Assembly: GCA_021815445.1 (NCBI GenBank)
Contig: JAKAGM010000001.1
Span: 595,710 to 659,709, forward strand
From: a bacterium
Lineage (GTDB): Bacteria; Patescibacteriota; Patescibacteriia; UBA10025
DNA length: 64,000 nucleotides
Reading direction: 5' to 3'
The notes below the pieces were generated by a model, which saw only the letters and a list, made by a program, of their open reading frames with translations, had not been told where the DNA came from and made no database searches. This document shows, piece after piece, positions 1 to 6,411 of the stretch. Position numbers and translations under genes: made by a program. The first letter of the stretch is position 1; every line of letters begins with the position of its first letter.

Positions 1-1548
1 AACCTCGGGGTAAATGATGCGGTAAAAGTCGGGCATGAGCGGATTGAGCGCCTGCTCGATAGTGATCTGCGTTGACTGCTCCACGAGGAGCGGCCAGGTT
101 TTGTCGTTGCCGTAGAGGATGAGGTCGAGCCCCGTCGCCGGGATGAGTTTGCCGCCTGGTTCTGAGAGGAAGGCTAAAGTAACGTCCCCTCCGAGTTCTT
201 TGGTTTGAGCCCGAGCGCACACCTCGATATTTTTGTACCCGCCGAGGTCGACCTGCATCTTGATGTAGGCGTTTTTCATCTCGGTGAGATAGTTGACCTG
301 GCTGAACCCCCCGAGGCATTTGAGACCGTAATAGAACGAGAGAACCATGAAGGTCAGGAGCATGCTCGGGATCAGTTCGCGGCGGGCTAGAGCCTGCCTG
401 ATGGCGTCGGGCGTCAGCTCGACGGAATAGAGTCCGTCGTCGGAAACAAGTTTGTTGCCCTGTTTCCAGAGCTGAACGCGATATTTCTTTCCCTGAGGCA
501 GGGCCCAAAAAAGGTAGGTCCCGTATTTGCTGTTGCGTGAAAATGCCCCCATGATGTCCTCAAAATATTGCGTCAACAGGGGCTCGTATCCGGGATCAAA
601 GATAGCTCTCGAGATGACGGTATCGGCGTCCAGGTGGTACTCGGTAATAAGCCGTGAGACAAGCCCTTCCTGCTCGAGATAGATGAGGTCGGGTATCTGC
701 GGATGCGCACCGTTGAAAAACTTCTTCCAGAGCACAAAGTTTGTTTTGGTTATCTGCTCTGAAAATGTCCGGCTCGAAAGCGCGTCGGTCGTGTTGTATA
801 TTCCATCCAAAAGCGCGTAAAGTTTTTCGCCCTCAGCATGTCCGACGTCGCCCGTCCGCACTTTTTCATTCAACGTCGAAACCACGCGTTTCATGTCTGC
901 TTCGGTATAGGCGGGGAAATTATAGACAGGGCACAGACGCGAACTGCATGACGAAAAAGCCAGACGGTGCATCTGCGATGTTCCTTTGGCGAAACTGTGA
1001 AAAAGCAGACCGCGGGGAAAAGAGGAGTTATTCAGTGACACGTTCGCGCACGCGAGAACGATGACATTATGGAGTACGGGATCGCGCTGTTCGACAAACG
1101 GGACTGACGAGAGAAGGTTTGCGTTGAGAAAGAAAGGATGGCTGAGCGGACCATGATGGTCTGTCGTCGACACAAAATAGTATTTGCGCAACTGCTCAGT
1201 GGCGCTGCGCGCCACGTCGTCCCCCAGGCGCTGGGCCACCTCATCACGGAAGACACGCAAAAATTCCTCTTGCCGCTCAAGGATAGGTTCATTCACGTTG
1301 ACCTGGGCGTACCCCCTCGCATAATCGTAGAGATTCTTTGAGCCGTGCTTGCGTACAATCTCGCGCAGAACGCGCCGTTTGTCAAAGACTTTTTCTCTCA
1401 GATCAAAAAAGCTTCCTTCAAGTGTAGGAAGATGGAATGGGAAACTCGAGCCTCGCGAGGCAACGACAGCAGTACCCAGTTGATTATGGTTTTTTGTCTT
1501 ATACGGTCCTTCCTTGGGAAATCCGGCCCGAACAGGCAGTGATGGCAT
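1..1548 (-). CDS. Hypothetical protein, partial (3' end runs off the window), >516 aa
   Basis: Manual translation gives an open frame from ATG at 1548 (MPSLPVRAG...STTDHHGPLSHPFFLNANL...GLKCLGGFSQVNYL...FYRIIYPEV) to base 1. It is missing from the ORF track because it has no stop in the window. The start is uncertain. Confidence 0.8.
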   Translation of the reverse strand, partial: MPSLPVRAGFPKEGPYKTKNHNQLGTAVVASRGSSFPFHLPTLEGSFFDLREKVFDKRRVLREIVRKHGSKNLYDYARGYAQVNVNEPILERQEEFLRVFRDEVAQRLGDDVARSATEQLRKYYFVSTTDHHGPLSHPFFLNANLLSSVPFVEQRDPVLHNVIVLACANVSLNNSSFPRGLLFHSFAKGTSQMHRLAFSSCSSRLCPVYNFPAYTEADMKRVVSTLNEKVRTGDVGHAEGEKLYALLDGIYNTTDALSSRTFSEQITKTNFVLWKKFFNGAHPQIPDLIYLEQEGLVSRLITEYHLDADTVISRAIFDPGYEPLLTQYFEDIMGAFSRNSKYGTYLFWALPQGKKYRVQLWKQGNKLVSDDGLYSVELTPDAIRQALARRELIPSMLLTFMVLSFYYGLKCLGGFSQVNYLTEMKNAYIKMQVDLGGYKNIEVCARAQTKELGGDVTLAFLSEPGGKLIPATGLDLILYGNDKTWPLLVEQSTQITIEQALNPLMPDFYRIIYPEV

Positions 1549-1688
1549 ACGGATATTGCATCACATGGTACTGATTCCCGTGAAACTGTCAAGACCCACG
1601 AAAAAACGGTGCCCGATGCAGTCAGTTGATTGCTAGGCAAAGCATTGGTATACTATCGGAACTAAAGGTGCAGTAACAACTGCAGAGT

Positions 1689-1762
1689 CGGGGTGTGGCG
1701 CAGTTGGCTAGCGCGCATGCATGGGGTGCATGAGGTCGGGAGTTCAAGTCTCCCCACCCCGA
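1689..1762 (+). tRNA. tRNA-Pro(GGG), CCA not encoded
   Basis: Acceptor CGGGGTG/CACCCCG; anticodon arm CATGC-ATGGGGT-GCATG; T arm GGGAG-TTCAAGT-CTCCC. Confidence 0.95.
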
Positions 1763-1779
1763 CTCTGCAAGAGGTTCAG

Positions 1780-1952
1780 GCATGCATGGGGGTCGAGTCC
1801 ACAAGCGAAGCAAACTGCTTTGCTTCGCGCGGGACGAGACGGGCTGAACGATATCTGGCGTAGCCAGATCGTGAAGCCCCGGAGCATGAGGCCGTGGGTT
1901 TCCCGCCAAAGGCGGATCCTGTCGAATGACGGGACAAGTCCCACTACCCCGA
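1780..1952 (+). repeat. Partial second tRNA-Pro copy (anticodon arm to 3' end) split by two structured insertions
   Basis: GCATGCATGGGG [91 nt, 1792-1882] AGCATGAGGCCGTGGGTT [34 nt, 1901-1934] CAAGTCCCACTACCCCGA. Confidence 0.75.
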
Positions 1953-2024
1953 AAACAGACCCGCCTACGGCTATTGACAGTACTCTGGGACTCTAACAAA
2001 CTAGAAGTCTCAAAGTCTCATCCC

Positions 2025-3134
2025 ATGGACACACCAGCGCCTCAACCTACCTCAAAATCCTCATCAAGCACACTGATGTGGGTCATTTTGGCAATCATCC
2101 TCAGCCTCGCTGCAGTCGGAGTCTACTGGTGGTGGCGCACTCAAACTACAAATACCAATGTCGTCAATAACGCGAACATCACTGCAAACAACGTTGGCAA
2201 TACGAATACATCAGTCACAATCAGCGGACCAGCTAAGTATGAGAATAATGTTGTACCATTCACCCTTGACATTCCTTCAACCGCTATCGTTCGAGAGCAG
2301 CACGTCTCGTCAACCACGATCAATGGTATCGCATATCCGTCTTTTACCCTGTCACTTATTGATTCGCGGGTTTCAGGCGAACTTACCATCAGTAATCGTG
2401 ATACCGGTTTTGAGACTGAAATGGTCTTGTCGGAAAGTCACGGCTCTATTGATGGTCGCCCAGTGCGCACTGTGTTGTCTGAAGGCGTCGATGCCTTGGG
2501 CAATTCAACAACAATCAAGAGGTGGTTCTTCTCTCCTCTCAATTCTGGCACGAGGTTTGAGTCTCTATGGATAAGCTACCCCGTTGACTCTGTTGAACAG
2601 ACAGCTTACTTCGACAATGTCGTATCACGCATTAAGCTCATCCAAGACGTACTCACGAACGCTGCCACAAACTCTCCGTCAAACACGAATGCCGTGGATA
2701 CGAGTGGGTGGAAGACATACACGTCACAATCCTGGGGTCTATCGGTCAAATACCCAGCAGATGTAACTGTTATCGAATCCACTGACAAGACCGTCGTCGA
2801 GTTTCGAGGTCCACAGCAAGGATCGAACGGATTCTTGCCTCGCTGGTTCATAACGCATGGGTCCAACCAATTCTATAACCCGCCAGCAGACACGGATGTC
2901 CAATCTTGGATAAAAGGCAATACCGTGTACGACGAGCTTGGTGACTCCTATTCAGTCGCGCAGCTGCCCACAATGCATGTGATATCCAAGGCAAGCCCTC
3001 AGTCGAGTGGGGCTGATTTCTACTATGTCATAAACGGCACCAAACTCTTCGCAATTCAAGTACGGCATGAGGCGGTTCAAGACAACCAGCCTCTTGACCT
3101 TGCGTTTCTAGAACACATCGTGTTTAACGAGTAG
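2025..3134 (+). CDS. Membrane-anchored extracellular protein (N-terminal TM, Asn/Thr linker, PsbP-like 'DTSGWKTY..GLSVKYP' module)
   Basis: ORF track 1926..3134; ATG at 2025 preferred, downstream of TTGACA at 1974. Single TM segment LMWVILAIILSLAAVGVYWWW. Confidence 0.8.
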   Translation: MDTPAPQPTSKSSSSTLMWVILAIILSLAAVGVYWWWRTQTTNTNVVNNANITANNVGNTNTSVTISGPAKYENNVVPFTLDIPSTAIVREQHVSSTTINGIAYPSFTLSLIDSRVSGELTISNRDTGFETEMVLSESHGSIDGRPVRTVLSEGVDALGNSTTIKRWFFSPLNSGTRFESLWISYPVDSVEQTAYFDNVVSRIKLIQDVLTNAATNSPSNTNAVDTSGWKTYTSQSWGLSVKYPADVTVIESTDKTVVEFRGPQQGSNGFLPRWFITHGSNQFYNPPADTDVQSWIKGNTVYDELGDSYSVAQLPTMHVISKASPQSSGADFYYVINGTKLFAIQVRHEAVQDNQPLDLAFLEHIVFNE

Positions 3135-3149
3135 GGCGTTGGTTCGGGG

Positions 3150-3219
3150 TCTCGGTCGCACATTTGACGTAGAAATACTCTTTCACGAAAAAGGTTCGAA
3201 CATCCTGGACTAGCCCCGA
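3150..3219 (+). repeat. Inter-cassette repeat, copy 1 (70 bp core)
   Basis: TCTCGGTCGCACATTTGACGTAGAAATACTCTTTCACGAAAAAGGTTCGAACATCCTGGACTAGCCCCGA; 67/70 identical to 3903-3972. Confidence 0.9.
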
Positions 3220-3366
3220 AAAAACCCTCCTGCGGCAATTGACTGGCTCAGCCTATTAAAAGAAAACGGCCCATCAACGGGTCGACGCGAGACGGCTGGA
3301 GAGCTAGTCGCGCCGAGCACCATATCAGGGCCGAGATTTTTGCCAAAGACTGGAGAGGGATGCTCT

Positions 3367-3684
3367 TTAGGACTTAAGCGCGTCGGCTACGAAGTCCCAG
3401 AGAATCGCGATGAACTTATCGCGAATGCGGTACACGCTACCTTCGCAGGAGAGTAGGTCCTCCTTGACCAGCTGATCGAGCACTGCGTGTTCTGCACCGG
3501 TAACCTCGTGCTCGCAAAGATTCACGTACTGCTCCCAGGAAAACTCGGGCCAGTTGTCGCCGGACTTACGCCCGATGACGATGATGTTGCAGGCGATAGT
3601 CTCCTTTTCGGACTTTTGGAGGAGACTTCCTCCAAGGCCACGCGAAATATCAATGTCGTTCGGCTTCACTTGCTCCTTAATCAT
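3367..3684 (-). CDS. Hypothetical protein, 105 aa (cassette gene 1)
   Basis: ORF with GAAAGG SD-like site, its own promoter and a downstream hairpin plus T-run on the minus strand. Confidence 0.75.
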   Translation of the reverse strand: MIKEQVKPNDIDISRGLGGSLLQKSEKETIACNIIVIGRKSGDNWPEFSWEQYVNLCEHEVTGAEHAVLDQLVKEDLLSCEGSVYRIRDKFIAILWDFVADALKS

Positions 3685-3786
3685 GAGAGTGCCTTTCGTT
3701 GGGGTTGCAAGATTGTTCTACCACTTCTCTGAGATAGCCACTGCACTGCATATGAACATCTCAAAGAAGTGGTGTGTAGGAGAGCA

Positions 3787-3834
3787 TTGAAAAGAGCAGC
3801 TAGGAAAGTTACCACAGAACACAGCTTATGTCAA
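3787..3834 (-). promoter_or_regulatory. Sigma70-type promoter plus boxA-like motif
   Basis: Minus strand TTGACA-17 nt-TAACTT followed by TGCTCTTTTCAA. Confidence 0.7.
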
Positions 3835-3850
3835 GCTCTTGAACAGATAG

Positions 3851-3972
3851 CCTCTTCCGGCAATTGACCATCCTTCGTAACCCACATTGGGCATCCCGGG
3901 AATCTCGGTAGCGCATTTGACGTAGAAATACTCTTTCACGAAAAAGGTTCGAACTTCCTGGACTAGCCCCGA
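3851..3972 (+). repeat. Inter-cassette repeat, copy 2 (full ~120 bp unit)
   Basis: Core 3903-3972 matches copy 1. The 5' part CCTCTTCCGGCAATTGAC...TCCTTCGTAACCCACA resembles 3226-3243 and 4598-4630. Confidence 0.9.
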
Positions 3973-4007
3973 CAATATACCTGCCTCAGGCTAGTATCTG
4001 AGTATGC

Positions 4008-4046
4008 AAAAAAAGACACGCGTCGTTGGATTGACGCGTGGGTCTT
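4008..4046 (-). terminator. Intrinsic terminator for 4063..4470
   Basis: CACGCGTC/GACGCGTG stem followed by a T-run on the minus strand. Confidence 0.75.
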
Positions 4047-4062
4047 AACTTTGACAAGGGGT

Positions 4063-4470
4063 CTAGGTCGCTTGGCGGCTACAACCATCGTCCTGGCGAT
4101 GTAATTCATCCCTCGTGTCCGCGAGAGCTCTTTCCAGCCCCATTCTCTGCGAGAATGAAAGCGGCTTCCACTGGCGCTTTGAAGGCTTGCCCCTCTTGGC
4201 CTCAGCTTTGGCTTGCTTCATGGCCACCGCAGTTTTCGCTGACGGCCTCGGACGCGGGTCTTGACCGTTCCAGTTTCGCAGGCTTCCGGGTTGAAGTGCG
4301 CACTCCTCCTCGATGGCTTCGGGCGTATGCTGTCCCAAGGGGCAGTCTTGCATGTGAACGAAGATTCTTGAGAGTTCCTTTGTCGTCAGATCTCCTCGCT
4401 CCCATTTATCGACCAATGCCTCGAACTCTACACACGACTGACATCGTCGGTGCTCCTCAGCTTTTCCCAT
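4063..4470 (-). CDS. Hypothetical protein, 135 aa, with CxxC...HxxxC putative Zn site and basic tail (cassette gene 2)
   Basis: AGGAGG SD, own promoter and terminator; CQSC and HMQDC motifs. Confidence 0.75.
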   Translation of the reverse strand: MGKAEEHRRCQSCVEFEALVDKWERGDLTTKELSRIFVHMQDCPLGQHTPEAIEEECALQPGSLRNWNGQDPRPRPSAKTAVAMKQAKAEAKRGKPSKRQWKPLSFSQRMGLERALADTRDELHRQDDGCSRQAT

Positions 4471-4536
4471 GTTGAGCCTCCTTTAGCAGTCGTTGAAGTC
4501 TTTTTTAGGAACACCAACGACTGCTCAGGAGGCAAT

Positions 4537-4585
4537 TTCTAAAGAACCAATGCTGGAGACTATCACGGATAACCGTATTTGTCAA
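4537..4585 (-). promoter_or_regulatory. Sigma70-type promoter plus boxA-like motif
   Basis: Minus strand TTGACA-17 nt-TAGTCT followed by GGTTCTTTAGAA. Confidence 0.7.
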
Positions 4586-4597
4586 TAGGGTGTGGCC

Positions 4598-4713
4598 GCC
4601 TCAGCAGTTTGAAAATCCTCATAACCCACAGCCGAGAGGCCGGAAACTTTCTATCGCACACTTGACATAAAAATACTCTATGACGAAAGGTTCCGATATC
4701 CTGGGCCGGTGCC
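4598..4713 (+). repeat. Inter-cassette repeat, copy 3 (degenerate)
   Basis: ATCCTCATAACCCACA...TCGCACACTTGACATAAAAATACTCTATGACGAAAGGTTCCGATATCCTGG aligns with copies 1 and 2 with several mismatches. Confidence 0.75.
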
Positions 4714-4719
4714 TTCTAT

Positions 4720-4749
4720 AAAAAAGCCTGACAGGGGAACCTGTCAGGC
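4720..4749 (-). terminator. Intrinsic terminator for 4787..4978
   Basis: GCCTGACAGG/CCTGTCAGGC stem plus T6 on the minus strand. Confidence 0.8.
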
Positions 4750-4786
4750 GTTACGCTATAGAGCGAGTTGTGGAATGAACGACGGA

Positions 4787-4978
4787 CTACCGCGACCCCT
4801 CGGGCTGGAAGCCGCACTTCGAGCATGTCATACCGCCCAGGGTATTACCTTCGAATGCGTCATGAGCCACGATACCCTGCTGGAGAGTACCCTGCGGACA
4901 GCGCGGACACGGATCACCAGGGTGGTAGACCGTCGTGAGATCGGAATCAGGAACAGATTGTGCTTGTTGGGCACACAT
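4787..4978 (-). CDS. Small Zn-ribbon protein, 63 aa (cassette gene 3)
   Basis: CPRC...CSKC motifs; AGGAGG SD 5-6 nt upstream; terminator downstream. Confidence 0.7.
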   Translation of the reverse strand: MCAQQAQSVPDSDLTTVYHPGDPCPRCPQGTLQQGIVAHDAFEGNTLGGMTCSKCGFQPEGSR

Positions 4979-5112
4979 GTAAACCTCCTGAACTGGTTAA
5001 AAAGCGTGAATGGGCTGTTTTTTTCGGCTAGTTTACCTTTCGATAGACTCAGGGTTTAACAAAAAACTAGCCGCTTCATGGCTAGTCTGGAAACTCTTTT
5101 TGGGAAGTAATC

Positions 5113-5229
5113 TTACAAACCAGCCATCAAGCTGCTAGCGCCGATAATAATAATGCCAAGAATAAGCCCCAGGACGACGAGGGTGTAGATTCTTTCACTC
5201 TGATGAGCTATTGGTTTGCTCTGTTCCAT
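5113..5229 (-). CDS. 38-aa single-TM peptide
   Basis: Manual translation MEQSKPIAHQSERIYTLVVLGLILGIIIIGASSLMAGL*; TTGACA-16-TATCAT promoter at 5245-5272. Confidence 0.6.
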   Translation of the reverse strand: MEQSKPIAHQSERIYTLVVLGLILGIIIIGASSLMAGL

Positions 5230-5322
5230 AGACCGGTACTTGCAATGATAGCACAAATGCGGGATTTGTCAACCCTGTCAGTCGCGAGCGGCGGGGTCAA
5301 CCCCGCGCTGTTCTCCGCTGAC

Positions 5323-5934
5323 TTAGAACATTGCGTCCTCGTCAGCGCGCTTGTAGTCTTGTATTTCGTTGGCGTGAAACCACAGCTGTTCCTCGTATTT
5401 GGCTTCATCGACGGTCCCTGAGGCGTGAATCATGTTCTTTACTGTGCGTTTCTGCATGTTGGCGAGGATGGGAGAATCAATTGAGTAATCGCCGCGGATG
5501 GTACCCGGCTGGGCGAACCGGGGAAGCGTGTGGCCGACCATCATACGGACTGAGTCGACGGCATGCACGCCCTGCAGAAGGATGGCAACGACCGGCCCAG
5601 AGCTTAAGAAATCCATATTCCATTTACGGACCATGGTGCCTATTTCAAAGGCGTCCTTGGTCCCAAGCTCCTCTTTGGGATCCTTCCCGTATTCCATATA
5701 AGTTTTCATGGTCTTTTCGCCTATTGCCGAAAGGTACGCACGATCATCAGAGTAATGCTTGGCAATCAGGTCTGCTTCGACCCACACCATCTTAAGGCCT
5801 ACGATTTTAAGGCCTGATTTTTCAAACCGCGAAATAATCTCGCCGATTAATGCGCGACGAACAGTGTCGGGCTTCAAAAGCACTAAGGTGCGTTCCTTGG
5901 CGGGGTCTGCTGAAGCTGTTTTTTCTTTTTTCAT
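5323..5934 (-). CDS. ndk: Nucleoside diphosphate kinase
   Basis: ERTLVLLKPD, PGTIRGDY and NMIHASG (catalytic His) motifs; start moved to ATG 5934. Confidence 0.95.
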   Translation of the reverse strand: MKKEKTASADPAKERTLVLLKPDTVRRALIGEIISRFEKSGLKIVGLKMVWVEADLIAKHYSDDRAYLSAIGEKTMKTYMEYGKDPKEELGTKDAFEIGTMVRKWNMDFLSSGPVVAILLQGVHAVDSVRMMVGHTLPRFAQPGTIRGDYSIDSPILANMQKRTVKNMIHASGTVDEAKYEEQLWFHANEIQDYKRADEDAMF

Positions 5935-5938
5935 AGAA

Positions 5939-6334
5939 TTATGTTTTGTGGAGTAAGCTTTTAACTTTATTGACGACTTCGGCCGGAGTGACATCTGATT
6001 TTACGACATAATCGTTGGCGCCAAGGTCGCGCCCTTTCTTCACGTCCTCTTCTTGTCCGAGGTTGGTGAGAAGGATGACGGGAATATTTTTTGTGTCGGG
6101 AGACGCCTTCAGCTCCTTGAGCACCGCGAACCCGTCGAGCTTCGGGATAATGATGTCGAGAAGGATGAGCACGGGATGCGCTTTCCGCGCCGTTGCGAGT
6201 CCCTCTGCTCCGTCGGCGGCGGTAACGATAGAGAAGCCTTCTTTGGAGAATTTTGAGACATACATGTCCGAAAGCATTTTTTCGTCTTCAACAAGAAGTA
6301 CTTTTGGTTCCTGGGCAATTACTTGACCTGCCAT
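5939..6334 (-). CDS. Single-domain response regulator (receiver)
   Basis: VLLVEDE, ILLDIIIPKLDG, ILLTN and conserved Lys (YVVK). Confidence 0.92.
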   Translation of the reverse strand: MAGQVIAQEPKVLLVEDEKMLSDMYVSKFSKEGFSIVTAADGAEGLATARKAHPVLILLDIIIPKLDGFAVLKELKASPDTKNIPVILLTNLGQEEDVKKGRDLGANDYVVKSDVTPAEVVNKVKSLLHKT

Positions 6335-6411
6335 AGGTGTTCAAAAAAATATTTTAGTACGTATAGCGTAACAAAAAAAACTTCCAGCGTCAACTGACAC
6401 TGAATCTGCAA

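Noticed and set aside
1721-1999. ORFs overlapping tRNA-Pro and its downstream element
   Set aside because: They overlap a clear tRNA and palindromic DNA; translations are not protein-like.
3164-3192. TTGACG/TTGACA inside the repeat as a + strand promoter
   Set aside because: No plausible -10 hexamer at 16-18 nt, and no + strand gene follows.
3150-4713. CRISPR array interpretation of the three repeats
   Set aside because: Repeats are 70-120 bp and the intervening segments are 600-700 bp containing genes; no cas genes are present.
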